Shown here one piece after another: positions 39,130-53,204 of a DNA stretch of 64,000 nt. The position numbers and the translations under genes were made by a program. How positions within the stretch are numbered: position 1 is the stretch's first letter; every line of letters starts with the position of its first letter. The notes below the pieces were generated by a model. It did not search any database. It had not been told where the DNA came from and saw nothing but the letters and a program-made list of their open reading frames with translations. The stretch is from the human T2T-CHM13v2.0 reference genome, Homo sapiens, in the NCBI GenBank assembly GCA_009914755.4, contig CP068257.2:37280001-37344000 (forward strand), written 5' to 3'.

Positions 39130-39425
39130 TTTTTTTTTTTTTTTTGAGACAGAGTCTTGCACTCTCACCCAGGCCAGAGTGCAGTGGCGTGATCTCAGCT
39201 CACTGCAGGCTCTGCCTCCTGGGTTCAAGCGATTCTCCCGCCTCAGCCTCCTGAGTAGCTGGGATTACAGGTGCCCACAATCATGCCCAGCTAACTTTTA
39301 TATTTTTAGTAGAGATGGGGTTTCACCATGTTGGCCAGGCTAGTCTTGAACTCCTGACCTCAGGTGAACCACCCCTCGGCCTTCCAAAGTACTGGGATTA
39401 TAGGCGTGAGCCACCTCACCAGGCT
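39130..39425 (-). mobile_element. Alu SINE, minus orientation, target duplication about 'gggcttaaggat' / 'gggtttagggat'
   Basis: T run plus 'gagacagagtcttgcactctcacccaggccagagtgcagtggcgtgatctcagctcactgcaggctctgcctcctgggttcaagcgattctcccgcctcagcctcctgagtagctgggattacaggtgcccacaatcatgcccagctaac...ggcgtgagccacctcaccaggc'. Confidence 0.92.
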
Positions 39426-40892
39426 GGGTTTAGGGATTTTTTCAGATGAAGAGATTGTCCTGGTATGTCCTAAATGCAATGACAAGAGGCCTTAAAGAAG
39501 AACACAGAGGAAGATATGCTACAGGAGCAGAAGGGCTGTTACCAAGGAGCAAGATGCTACGTGGTTGCTTTAAAGACGGAGGGAGGGGCCATGGGCCAGG
39601 GAATGCTGGCAGCCACCAGGGGCCAGAAAAGACAAGACCAGATTCTCCCCTAGACCCTCCAGAGTGGCACAGCCCTGCCAATGCCTTGACCTTAACCCAG
39701 CAACACTAACTTCGGATTTCCGCCCTCCAGCCCCATAACAGAATGAAGTTGTGTTGTTTGAAGGCATCAAGCTTGTGGTCATTTGCTATGACAGCCACAG
39801 CAAACTCCTACAGACAGAAGAGAAAAGACTCAAACCCAGGCCGTCTGTCTTCAGAACCTGTACTTATTAATAAAGATTTTACCATTTAAAACATTCTTAA
39901 TGAGGCAAAGCTTCATTAAGTGAAATTCACAGTACGATCTGACAAATTTAAGCCCTGTGTAGCGCCACCTGAATCAAGATATAGAACAGATCATTTCCCC
40001 AAGAAAATTCCCCACTGCCCTTTTCTAGTGGGTCCAGTCCCTGTCCCGAGACAGCCACAGTCCTGATTCCCATCACCACCCATCAGTCCTACCTGTTCTT
40101 GAATATCATATAAATAAAACAGTACATTGCTCCTTTTCTCCTGTTCTCCTACCCGTGGTTTCAATATTCCACAGATTGCTATCATTTGCCTGTGGGCTAA
40201 CTCTTGGGTTCCAGTTTTTGGCTACGATGTAAACACTCTTGGGCAGGTCCTTCGGTGCACACGTTTTCATTTCTCTTGGGCAAACCCTTCCTAGGAGTGG
40301 AATTGCTGGGTCATGGGAGTGGTGTGTGTTTCATTTTACATGAAACTGCCATGCTGGTCTTCCTAAGTGCCTACCATTTGACGGGGCCCCCACAGTGAGG
40401 GGTCTCCCGTAGCTTCATGTCCTCCATAGCACTCACTGTCGGGCCCCTGCACTCTTAACCACTGTACACAATGAGGTCTAAGCTTTCACGGAGTTTGCTG
40501 CGAGGTTGAAGTGAGGCAACCTCCAAAAAGCAAAGCTCCAGGCACGCACCTGCTTCATGCACCGGAATATTCCTTTCTGTTCCTTTTACTAAATAAATGG
40601 AGTTCATTCCTCTGAAAAATAAGCAGCTTTGGACCATAGAGCCACCAAATGACATTTTTGTAAATCATATTTCTTTTGAAACCTTGCTGAAATATTTGAG
40701 CCACTACTTACGTTCTCTTACTACCCAATTATAATGCATGGTCTCCAGGACCCATTCTCCAAACTCTGCTTAGCACGCACGGACCTTTGTTTACATGAAT
40801 CTCAACAGCTGTGTATGGCAACAGTGCTCCTTTCCACGGAACCAAAGGTGAGATGCAGGCCGCTCCTGAAAGACTGGAAAAAAACGGCTCCG

Positions 40893-40980
40893 AACACTTT
40901 CTCTCTCTCTCCTCCCTCTGTCTCTCTTTGTCTCTGTCTGTTTCTGTCCCTGTGTTTGTCTCCGTCTCTCTCTCTCCAAT
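40893..40980. repeat. CT-rich polypyrimidine low-complexity tract
   Basis: 'ctctctctctcctccctctgtctctctttgtctctgtctgtttctgtccctgtgtttgtctccgtctctctctctcc'. Confidence 0.9.
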
Positions 40981-42850
40981 GTCAGGTTCACAGAAATAGA
41001 TTACCACCCTCTTCCTACTGGAAGCACATGTAAGTATGTGCACATCCACAGGCATCTGCATACTCTCAGCCCAGCGAGGTCACCAACACCATGTGTCCTG
41101 AGCCTTAGCACCAATTCACACCCACTTACAGCTCCCTCTTCCTCTAGAGGCACCACTTGGGCTGAACCTGTGTTTGGCCTTTTTTTTTGAACACTGTAGT
41201 TTTATCCTGGGTAGGTATTCCTAAAAACACACTCTTTAGTTTTAGTTTTTTCATATTTTTATAAAAGGTTATCATGGTGCATGCCATTTTCTGGGATTCA
41301 TGTTTTCAACTCTGTTAGGGCTCGCAGTGTCCAAGACCCCTCCAGTCCTTGGCCCACAGAGGAAACCGAGCCTCAGAGAAGGGCAAGCTCCTCCCCACAG
41401 CATAGCCATAACCCATCACATAGGTTGACAGCAACCAACATATTAGCATGGAATGATCATTTCTTAGAAGCTGTGGGAGGAACTTCCACCCCCCACATCG
41501 TTTCTCTGTCTCGTCTCAACCTCAGGTATCAAGGTTGTTTTGTTCCATATTTCACAGATGAGGAAGCAGGGACTCAAGGCCGGTGAATTTAACTCTGGTC
41601 ATATGGCTGGCAGAGCAGGCCCTCAACTTGGGCTTGTCTGACCTGCTGCAGGAGCCCATGTCAGCCTGACTCTCCCACCTGGACACGAGTTCCCAAGGCA
41701 CGTGTGGCATCAGAGGTCCTGCCAGTCAAAGCGTCGGATCTGTGCTTCCCCCCATCAGGCTGGTGCCACAGGAGGAAGGAAAGGGCAAACACCTCTTCCT
41801 GGGAGCAGGGGTCAGGTCAGCCTGAGGCAGCAGGAATTTTAGCAAATCCAAGTTTTCTCATGTCTGGACAGCACCTTGTAGCACCCACTCTGATGGTGCC
41901 AAGGCTCAGGCCGAAGCCAGTCCCATGAGTGTGGCCAGGGCTCTGCACCCATGGCAATCTCAGGCACGAAATATGCATAGCTGTGTGTGGTCAAGGTGGC
42001 CTGCCCTGGGATGTCAGGGCTCTGCACACATGCACACACACACAGACACACACACACACTCACTCACTTAACATGATGCATCTCTTTGAATCCTCACAAC
42101 AACCTTTGCTATGAATTGGTGATTCCAAACCACCCCACTGTACAGATGAGTGCACTGAGGCTCTGTGGGCTAAAGTCTCCTATCTGAACAATCAGCTCAT
42201 GACGGCAGAGCTGACATTCCTCTCCCATGAAGAAACCACAGGCTTCTCACACCAACCCCAAGACAGGAACATCAAGGACACACCTCAAGTCTACGCAGGT
42301 CCCAAGACTCTCTTCCAATCGCCATGCATTTCTGTCTATTTGTCAGGGAGCTGGTCTTTACTGTCTTCATCAAAGGTAAGGAGGTAAGGGTAAGAGGTTA
42401 CTGTTGCATGTAAATACATCTGGAAGAGCCTTCCACCCACCTTATTGCAAAATAGAGACTGTGGGAGGGAACAGGCCTCTGCAGTCCCCCCCTGTTGCCT
42501 TTGCTCATGTGAGCAGAGGCTCCCCTCTCTCCACGTAGACACAGGTGTTCATCAGGGCTCAGGGATACTTCAAGGAGCACAGGCAGGCTCTTGTATCCTC
42601 TTCTGGGTGCTTGGTGCAGGGCACAGCCTGTGCAACTGTACATAGCAGCCCTGCGATGAAAGAGGAGACCAGCCTTGGGTGCTGTGGGCTGGAAGCAGCT
42701 TTTGCTCTGTCTGGTTTTGCCAAATCTGGTGCCAGGCTCAGAGCAGGGAGAGAGACACAGTCAGCCTACTTCCAGCACTGGCAGCACATCTGTCCAAAGA
42801 GAAACATGTCTTTTCCTAGCACAACCAGCAGCACCAGAAGCACCTCTCCT

Positions 42851-43060
42851 AATCTGTCAACCGTCTCTCTGTTTTTCTCCTCTCTCTCTCTGCCTCCTCC
42901 CTTCTTCCCCCTCCATCTATCTCTGTGACTTTGTCTCTCTCCATCCCTCTCCCCTCCTCTTTCTGTCTCTGTGACTTTGCCTCTCTCTCTCTATCACTCT
43001 CTCTGTGTCAGTGTCTCCCTCTGGGTCTCTGGGTCTCTGTCCCTCCCCAGTAGGTTCTAT
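42851..43060. repeat. CT-rich low-complexity block containing a 22-bp motif repeated at a 45-bp period
   Basis: 'tctctgtgactttgtctctctc' at 42920-42941 and 'tctctgtgactttgcctctctc' at 42965-42986, within (CT)n-rich sequence. Confidence 0.85.
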
Positions 43061-44857
43061 TTAGATTTGTTGTGACAAATTGATGTCATATTCACATAGA
43101 TGGCATTTTAAAACCACAGAGGTCTTCAGAGCCAGAGCTTCATTCACACTGCAGGCCAGGGACACTGTTGCCATGGTAACATGACTCTCCACTTCCTGCC
43201 TTACCCGGGCTCCCGCATTCAGCATCACCTTCATCTCCCTCAGCAACACCACAGATGATTAAATAAAGCACTTTAATTAACTCGGATTTGGTGTGGGGTC
43301 TTCATCATCGCTGCTGGGAACAAGCGTTTGTAAACCCTCGGGGCTACATGTGCCCCTCTCCGAGGCAGTCTGTGAACCCACACTGGCCACTTCTCACAAT
43401 TTGGGCCATAGGAAATTTATATCCAAGTAGCACTTGATGAGATTCTAAGGTAATAGCCACAAGCCACCTCCTTCACAAGGCGTGAGCTTCCTTCATCTGC
43501 CGAGACACATTAACTTCATGTAAATTATAATGTCTTTGAGACGAAAATGTCTTAGTCTGTTCAGGCTGCTATCACAAAATACCATAGGTGACTTATGAAC
43601 AACAGAAATGTATTTTCTGCAGTTCTAGAGGCTGGAAGTCTGAGATTAAGGCGCTGGCGGAGTCAGTTCTGGTGAGGGAGGCTTCCTCTCCGATGGCCTC
43701 TGCTCACCCTAACTTCACATGGGAAGGGGTGAGGGGTCTCTCTGGGGTCTCTTTCATGGGATCACTAATCCCGGTCATGAGGGTTCTCCCCTCACCACCT
43801 AGTCATCTCCGAAAGGCTCCACCTCCTAATATCATCACCCTGGGGGTGTGGATTTCAGCATATGAATTTTATGGGGACACAGATATTCAGATCATTGCAA
43901 AAATCAATGCATTATTAGGCATGGCCAGGGAGAATCGACTGTGGATCTTTTAGATAAAGGGGCTCTGGTGCTGGGGTGACAGACCTGCCTTCCTGGTTTT
44001 CACCCTAGAAGCAGGCAGGAAGGAGAAGGAATGAAGGGAAGGGGGAAGGAATGACGCAGGCAGGGGCCTCTAAACCTGGATCCAGGAACTTAAAGGGTAA
44101 AAATTACATTTTTATTTTCGCTAGCCTTTAACTGAAATGTATCATTTCCTTTCAATAGGTACCTAGGCAACAAGCACAGTGGCGTGTTAGCATCCTTGTT
44201 ACTTTGACACCAGTAAAAATCACTGGATCATCTCATTCCATGTTATGCCTGTCCACCACTTATGCCCATCACTGCTTCAAAATTCCCAGGTTATTAGTAC
44301 CACCTCCGAGGCTTGTTATAGATCTGGTTATGGTATATTAATAGCACATGTGTTGCTACCTCATTCATTGTTTTATAATGGTATCTTAATCTTAATGTAA
44401 GTGGTTTCCTTTATAACCTGTGTGTTTTATTTTGTGCATTCAAAAATCTGATTCTGAAAATTGGCCCACAGGTTTCACAGACTGCCAAAGAGGTCCGGGG
44501 GCATAAATGGCTCCAGAAAAAAAAAATCTAGTATTATTAATATGGTCCATTATTATTGGTGTTATTGCCATTCATAGGTGTTAGACATTGGCCCCTCAAT
44601 AAAAAGGATATGTATCTATATCGATCAATCAATCAGATAGATATAAAATTCTGAAGATATTTATAGAAGATATACAGGTATCTATATCTACCTGTAGATA
44701 TGGATAATTTGTTTGCCAAGAAAATTGAGGATTTCAACATTTATTTATCTCTATTTTTTTTTCCATTGAAGTCCTCAAAAGTGATGCCAATATGACATGT
44801 GGAAGTGAGAACTTGGGAAGCTGGCCTGGGATTTCTAGTGGGAAAAAGTATATTTTA

Positions 44858-45235
<378 letters not shown>

Positions 45236-45479
45236 TTATGCCTGTTACTTAAAATCTAGGCCTGTTTCAATTCATTCTACCAAAGTAGACACTGAAGCAG
45301 GAATACCACTCTTTAACATAAACGGACACACACAAAGGCCCAGAACCAGTGCCAAGAGTTTTGCACCCATTAATTCATTCCATCATTTGTTTATTTTATT
45401 TGACAAATGTGCAGATAGTACTTACCATGTGCCAGGCACTATTCTAAGTGCTTCAAAAGCATTATCCTATATAACCCTT

Positions 45480-45857
45480 TAATATGGTTTGGGTCTGTGT
45501 CCCCACCCAAAGCTCATCTCGAATTGTCATCCCCCTAATCCCCACGTGTTGAGGGTGGGACCTGGTGGGAGTTGATTGGATCATGGGGGTGGCTTTCCCC
45601 AGTGCTGTTCTCATGATAATGAGTGAGTTCTCACAAGATCTGATGGTTTTATAAGTGTTTGACCGTTCCTCCTATGCGCACATTCTCTCTCTTTCCTGCT
45701 GCCATGTAAGACATGCCTCTTTGCCTTCTGCCATGATTGTAGGTTTCCTGAGGCCTTCCCAGCCATGCAAAACTGTGAGTCAATTAAACCTTTTTCCTTT
45801 ATAAATTACCCAGTCTCAGGTATTTCTTTATAGCAGTGTGAGAATGGACTAATACAA
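45480..45857 (+). mobile_element. THE1 (MaLR) solo LTR #1 inside a MIR
   Basis: 'taatatggtttgggtctgtgtccccacccaaagctcatctcgaattgtcatccccctaatccccacgtgttgagggtgggacctggtgggagttgattggatcatgggggtggctttcccc...ctgctgccatgtaagacatgcctctttgccttctgccatgattgtaggtttcctgaggccttcccagccatgcaaaactgtgagtcaattaaacctttttcctttataaattacccagtctcaggtatttctttatagcagtgtgagaatggactaatacaa'. Confidence 0.85.
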
Positions 45858-46110
45858 CCTTATAACAATAACAAGAGGTAGGTACTATTATTGTTGCAGA
45901 TTTTCAGATGAAGAGCTAAAGCACAGAGGGTATAGAAACTTGTGAGAAGTTCCTACAGCAAGTAATTGGTGGAGACAGCATTCAGCCCCTAAGCCCACCC
46001 ACCGCGGGTATTTTGGGAGGCTTGTCACACTGGCCTTCCTGCTTCTGGCTCCCCCTAGTCTTCAACAGCTAAAGGTAGGATTCAAACCTAGGTGGTCTGA
46101 ATGAGGGCAC

Positions 46111-46462
46111 TGATATGGTTTAGCTCTGTGTCCCCACCCAAATCTCATCTTGTAGCTCCCATAATTCCCACATGGTGGGAGATAATTGAATGATGGGGGC
46201 AGTTTCCCCCCTACTGTTCTCATGGTGGTGAATAAGTCTCACAAGATCTGATGGTTCTATAAGGGGTTTCCACTTTTGCTTCTCTCTCTCTCTTTGCCTG
46301 CTGCCCTCCATGTAAGACATGACTTTCTCCTCCTTGCCTTTCACCATGATTGTAAGGCCTCCCCAGCCTCATGGAACTGTGAGTCCATTAAACCTCTTTC
46401 TTTTGTAAATTGCCTAGTCTTCGGTAAGTCTTTATCAGCAGCATGAAAACGGACTAATACAG
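46111..46462 (+). mobile_element. THE1 (MaLR) solo LTR #2 inside the same MIR
   Basis: 'tgatatggtttagctctgtgtccccacccaaatctcatcttgtagctcccataattcccacatggtgggagataattgaatgatgggggcagtttcccc...ctgctgccctccatgtaagacatgactttctcctccttgcctttcaccatgattgtaaggcctccccagcctcatggaactgtgagtccattaaacctctttcttttgtaaattgcctagtcttcggtaagtctttatcagcagcatgaaaacggactaatacag'. Confidence 0.85.
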
Positions 46463-48073
46463 GCGTGAACCCTATCACCACTAACTTGTCAGGGCATTGT
46501 CCAGGTGGGGAAACAGGCATCCAAGAGTACAAGGAGATCAGTAAGATCCTGCCCTGGGCTCCTCAGGAAACCCTCTGTGTGTCTTACCACCCATCCATTA
46601 ATGCGAGGCAAAGAGGAAACTCACACTTTCCTAACTTTGCTTATTTTTCATCCTTCAAAGGACAGCTCTTGTGCAGATCCCAAATCAACATCAGATGAAA
46701 GTATGGGAGCAGCATCTAATCAGCCATCTTGACTCGGGTGGCTACTTAACAGCCACCTGCCCTGACCGGTCCTTCATTTGCAAGCAAGGCTGCTGCTCAG
46801 CATTCTCGCCCACTCAGTGGTTAGTTCTGAGAGCCACATATTGACCAGTAAGCCCATCTGCACAGCCCCTTGGAATTGGGTCTAAGCCATCACTTCATTC
46901 TGATGATGGAAAAGCAGGAATGTGGAGTCTGAGTGACTTAGCCCTGGCTCGGCAAGATCTGAATTCAACTCAATCCTCAATGCTTCCTTCTCCCAAGAAA
47001 AGCCTATGGTACTCCTTTCTAAAAAATCATTCCTGCTATGAACTGACATACAATAAAATGCATCCATTTTTATTTGCACAACCCAACGAGCTTCGACAAA
47101 AGTAAACATACATGACCATCACAACAATATAGAATTGTCCCGTTACCCCAAAAAGTTTTCTACATGCCTTTGCCATCATTCCCACTCCTGGCCCAAAGCA
47201 ACATGGGAGATTTGACTTCCCTTTTCTAGAACTTTGTATAAATAGAATCAGATAAAACTTCGTAGACATGGAAGCTAGAGACAACGCTGTCTGTGCATTG
47301 ACTGTCTGCTGTGCTCCAGGGAGGTTGGGAGAATATTTACATCAATGCCGTTTGAAGGCGCTTCTCCACCCTAACTAGGTGCACGTCTCATGAGCTACCT
47401 GTGAGAGTCTCGTTGACACAGGAATGACAAGATAGTGTGCTCTTTGTCCTCCATGCACTGAGAACCCAGCACAGCCTTCCACACACAGCTTCCCCCACCT
47501 ACATACACCTGTCCCTTAGCAGTCTGGTTGCTAGGAAACATCCACTCTATTTCATCTTTACACATAACATGCCGTATTTCCCTAAGCCCCCAGAGTGGGC
47601 TCTTGTCACTTCCGTTTCATTTCTCCCTACTCAGCCCACATCTCTCCCAGGGCTCCCCATAAAGCACATTCCCACTAGAGGAGCAAAAGCTGGAGGTTCC
47701 TCGTTTCCTTTTAGGTGAGCATGAATGAAACACGCGGGGGCTGCTGTGGGAGAGAAGAATCTCACAGAACATCTTGGTTTAGAGCATAGGCAGGCAGGCA
47801 CTGAGCCCTGGGTCGCCCACTCTTGGATGAGAGAGCCTTGTCTTTCTGAGCCTGGCTTCCCCCATTAAAAAACCCAGGCTAAAAGTGGTCCCCATCTCCA
47901 AGAACTGTGAGGGGACCATCACTCCCATGCCTTGCATGGAGCATGGCTGCCCAGTCAGGATTTACTGCTGTCAACGCCCACCTCACTATGCCCACGTGTG
48001 GCATCAATGACGGTCAATGCAAATGACCTGCCCTTGTCAAGCTCAACTCAGGGTTCCCTTTATAAAAGCATCA

Positions 48074-48410
<337 letters not shown>

Positions 48411-49189
48411 TCAGGAAAATAACACCATATCTTTTGTTTCAGACTTTGGTAGGCAGAACAGTCCCCAAAGATGTCCACGTCCTAATCCCGGAACCCATGA
48501 ATACATGAATACACTTTGTTACACAGCAAAAAAGACTCTGCCAAAGTGATGAAGGCAATTTCTTCATCTCCCTTTTGAAAGGGCGATCGTCTGGGATTCA
48601 CCAGAGAGTCCCCAGGAGCTCGGGATGGCTCCCAGCTCTGACAGCAAGGAAGGAAACAGGGTCTCAGCCATATAGCCACAGGGAACCAGAGGCTGGCAAT
48701 GGCCTGGAATGGTTTAGAAGTAGATTTCCCGGAGCCTCCTGATGAAAGCCCAGCTGGTCAACCCCAGGACGGTGGTCTGTGAGAGCCACAGGAGAGAAAC
48801 CAGCTGAGCCGAGTGGGCCTTTGGGCCTACAGGCCTGTGTGACAGGACAGTGGTGGGAGGGAGCCATCCGCCTCTGCCCACTGCCCTCTGTGACTCCAGC
48901 GCACTCGGGGTCCCACTTCCACACCCTCTGCAAAGGCCCTCGCAGCCTGCCCGTGTCTCCGCCTCCTCCCCAAGGTCTCCCCTCCCGCCTGCTCCTCCAA
49001 CAGATGGGCCCCTGGCTTTGCACTACTCCTCTTTTCCCTTCCTCAGGACTTTATTTTTATTTTATTTTATTTATTTTTATTCCGGTACCACCTCTCAGTG
49101 AGACCCACTGTCACCCCATCAGCGCCCTCTCCACCCTCCCCTGCTTTACTTCTCCTTATCATCCAGCATGCATCTATTCACCAATATAT

Positions 49190-49400
49190 TATTTATCGCC
49201 TGGCTTTTCTACTAGGCAAATGATTCTCAACTGGCGGTGACATCGCTCCTCACTTCTCCCGGGGGACAGTGGGCAGTGCCCGGGGTCACTTTTGATTGTC
49301 ACAATTGGAGGAGGCCCCTGACATCTGGTGAGTGGAGGCCAGGGATGCTGCTTAACATCCTTCAATGCACAGGAAGGCCCAGCCACAAAGCACGATCCAG
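49190..49400 (+). mobile_element. MER5/MER20-like hAT-Charlie non-autonomous DNA transposon
   Basis: 'atgattctcaactggcggtgacatcgctcctcacttctcccgggggacagtgggcagtgcccggggtcacttttgattgtcacaattggaggaggcccctgacatctggtgagtggaggccagggatgctgcttaacatccttcaatgcacaggaaggcccagccacaaa'. Same family as 30410-30600, opposite orientation. Confidence 0.5.
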
Positions 49401-49851
49401 CCCAAAACGCCGGCAGTGCCTCGGCAGAAATGTCACCTCCTACACCATCAACTCTGTGAGAGCGGGGATTTGTTTGTCACGACTGCGTCCTGGTGCCCAG
49501 ACCAAAGCCTGCACATCACGGTGCTCCGTGGATGGGTTTGAAGGAGCGGACCTGGACCAGAGCGTGCTGTAGGCCACAGTCAGTGCCGGCCCACCCAGAA
49601 CTGGCCACTCAGAGGTTACCCATCTCTATCGCTTTCTTTCCCAGAGTCGGAAACTTGGAACCACTTTCAACTTTTCCTCTTCTGCTTCCCCTCTAGGTTC
49701 CACAGGGGGGCCTCGCTGCTGGGCAGGGGCCTCCGGGCTCCTCCATCCTCCTCCGCCCAGCTCTGCCCTCCCAGCGAGGAATCTCCTGTGGAACATGGTG
49801 GGATCTCATTGTCCCTGCTGCAGGAAGTGGAGCAAAGAAACCGAGGTAGGG

Positions 49852-50212
<361 letters not shown>

Positions 50213-51159
50213 TTACCTGGTGTTCATCAACATTCCAGAATTCTGCACTGAAGGAATCCCATGCAAGTCTGTCTCACAGTGGGAGAGCAAGGCCCCTTTT
50301 TTATTCACGCGGGCTCTGGGATGACCAGGGTCAGCATAGCATGATTTACACACGCTGCTTGAACCAAATCAGTGAATGGAACAGCCCTGGAGTCATTGTA
50401 AACAAACCCAGATTCGCTGGACGCCCGCTGAGCTGAAAACCACAGGAAGAGGAGAGAAGACATACAAACCTCTTTCTCAAATGAGACTTTCTCCCAGAAC
50501 CTAATGTTCGGGAAAAATCTTCCTAATTACTCGTTAATTGGCATATTATCAGCACTTTGTGCCAAGGATTAAGTGGGTAATTCCCATTATTTCTAGAGAG
50601 CAAGGTAATGCATCCACTCAGCCAGGCAGAGTGCGCGCAGCTCTGGAACTGTCACCACTGAGGCCTGCGGGCAGCCCCGTCCACGAGCCCAGTCCTCAGC
50701 CCTGCGGAAACGCTGGCTGCGCTGTTGAAGCCAACTCCTGAGACTTGTATTTTTCCGACAATGTGAAAAAACATTTCATCATTCAGCCTGATTTTCATTT
50801 CTCACTTCTTGGGTATACATTTTTTGAAAATGGATTTTCCTCTTAAAGAATAATTTATTGTGTAAGTCAGTCTAATTCTCCTGCTCCGGAACTTTGTGTT
50901 TTGAACCTCTTGGTCATTCAAGTAAGAGCACTGGGGTAATTTTAGCATTGCTAATTGGCTCGATAAAGAAATGTATTTTAAACAACTATGATTCAGCACT
51001 TAATCACAGCATTTGATGATATTGTCATTACAAAAACCTCTATTCTCCATTAAAAATAATTAAACCATCTTAAAGTTTGACCATCCTATGTTGGCCTAAA
51101 CTTTCTATATTTCCATATTACTCAAATGTTTATGGACAAGAGAACTGTGGTACATAAAG

Positions 51160-51200
51160 AGAGAGAGAGAGGGAGAGATGGAGAAGGAGGGAGAAGAGAG
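51160..51200. repeat. (GA)n-rich short purine tract
   Basis: 'agagagagagagagggagagatggagaaggagggagaagagag'. Confidence 0.9.
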
Positions 51201-52469
51201 CACGCACCCTGGAACTTGGGTTTAAGTCCCAGCTCTTCCATCTGCCGACTATGTCTGCAGAACAGTCCTCACCCTCTGAGACCATTTCTTCTTCTCTGTG
51301 GGGAGGATGTGCTGGGACCACAAGGTATCAGGACAGCCCTGTCCCCAGGGGTAGGGAAGAATGACCTCAGAAGGAAATGAGAAGGAAGGGGCTCTGGGAT
51401 CAGGCAAGGGTCTAGCAGGGTGTACCAAGCACTCCTGTAGGGCAGGAGCCCCAGGGACATATGTGGAAGCCCATATATCTTGGGGAATATGTGGAAGCGC
51501 ATATACAAGAAATGATCCCTCTCCTTCCTGGGTGTCTGCACCATGGGACATGCTCTCGGAGGCAGCTTGCCAGAAGGGCCACCAGTCTCCAGTCACTATT
51601 CAGGCAGCCCTCTACTTTAGCCCCCAAAACTTTTAAAAGGTAAAAGTCTGAAAGTCCAAGAATGAATTTACCTATTTTACCAGTTAGGATCGGGTTGACT
51701 GCAAGTATCATAGATACCAAATCACAGTGGCTTAAACAACACGGGACTGGGTTTGGCTTCATTTTCCCTGCAAAGTGTGGCAGAAATGATCCAGCTCCTC
51801 TTCACCGAGCCTGCAGGACCTGGCCTCTTCATTCTTCCACTTGGCCCCCTCTAAGGTGAGGTCCTTGTCTCATGGTCCAAGATGGCACCCAGCCACCACA
51901 TCTGCATCTGCATCTACAGTGGGGTTTGTTGTTGTCACCTCATTGGCCAGAACCAGCCACATGTCTTCACGTAGTTTCACGGGAAGCAGGGAAACATAGT
52001 GATTTCTTCTAGGCAGTCATGTGCCCAGCCAAAAATTCCACGCTATGGAAGAAGATCTGGGGGAAATATAGCAAATTCTGCCTCTCATATTAGGGTGCAA
52101 GGAAGTGGTAGTTCTGTTTCCAGAAAACAAAAATGCCTGTAATGATGGTTTCATAAGTGCTGGCAACTCAGTAGGAAGGGGAGAGCAGCAGGAGAGCCTG
52201 GCCAACGGAGGTTGGTGCTGGTGTCACCTCCCTCCATCTCTCCTTTCTGGTAGCCAGTGCATCTCCCCACACCTCTGGAGAGGCCAAGACAGGCAGATGG
52301 GCAGCCATGTCCCCTCTACATGGACGCATTGGGTGCCTATAGCCAGGCTCGAGCAAAAGAGTCTGTCTTCTCCATTTTCCACAATGCAAGCCTTGTGGGG
52401 CTTCATCTCCAGTCCCTCCCCTCAACAAGCTCCCTCTGCAAGCCCTTTACCCTGAAGAGCGTCCACGGC

Positions 52470-52660
52470 ATTTAGGGCTGCACAGGTCTTTGTTGAGGGA
52501 GCTGTCTTGGGCACTGTAGGAGGCTGAGCAGCACCACTGTCCTCTACCTACAAGATGCCAGGAGCAACCCTCAGTGTGACAACCAAAACTGTCTCCAGAA
52601 GGTGCCAAATGTCCCCTGGGGGGTAAAATTACACACACACCCTCCCTCAATGAGACTCAC
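52470..52660 (+). mobile_element. MER5/MER20-like hAT-Charlie fragment
   Basis: 'gctgtcttgggcactgtaggaggctgagcagcaccactgtcctctacctacaagatgccaggagcaaccctcagtgtgacaaccaaaactgtctccagaaggtgccaaatgtcccctggggggtaaaatt...gagactcactg' resembles '...gatgccagtagcacccccagttgtgacaaccaaaaatgtctccagacattgccaaatgtcccctgggggcaaaat...gagaaccactg'. Confidence 0.5.
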
Positions 52661-53204
52661 TGCCACAAACCCGGGACCAGCTATGTCTCCATCTCCAGGT
52701 GAAGCACCGATTTCCATAAGACACAAAGAAAGGAGGCAGGGCTGGAACCTCCTCTATCTGCAGTAGGGATGGTGTTTGTTGATGAAGGGGCACAGGATCT
52801 CAAAAGAAAAGGTGGGAAACTGGGGAGAGAGAGAGGCAGATAACAGAGGGAGTGCCACTAGAGACATGCTCATTTGGAGACCTCGGACTAGAGCCATGGC
52901 TGCCATGAGATGCAGGTGGCACAGGCGACACACCCCTTGCAGCACTTCCCACGTTTCATTATAATCTCGTTTCTTCAGTACCTTCTGCCTCTACAATTAT
53001 GAGCTCCTCAAGGGCAGGTCTGGGTCTAGGTCACTGCTGCATCCCCCATGCTAGGCAAGTACTTGACCCTTCACTGGTGCTTAATATTTGATGAATCAAT
53101 GAATGAATCAATGGGTGGTTACTTATTTCCCCACTAAAGGGACTGTTTCATATCAAAAATATGTGGTTTAAACAACACCAGGCAGAAGGCACTCAACTAT
53201 GTAA

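Larger units (their letters stand above)
45370..46510 (-). mobile_element. MIR SINE interrupted by two THE1 LTR insertions
   Basis: MIR pieces: 'tacttaccatgtgccaggcactattctaagtgcttcaaaagcattatcctatataaccc' (before THE1 #1); 'ccttataacaataacaagaggtaggtactattattgttgcagattttcagatgaagagctaaagcacagagggta...gctaaaggtaggattcaaacctaggtggtctgaatgagggcac' (between the THE1s); a likely tail 'gtgaaccctatcaccactaac' after THE1 #2. The strand is relative to the remembered MIR consensus. Confidence 0.55.

Noticed and set aside
45480-46462. The two THE1 LTRs as the 5' and 3' LTRs of one internally deleted THE1 provirus
   Set aside because: The 253 bp between them is MIR sequence continuous with MIR flanking the first LTR, not THE1 internal sequence. 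Two independent solo LTR insertions fit better.
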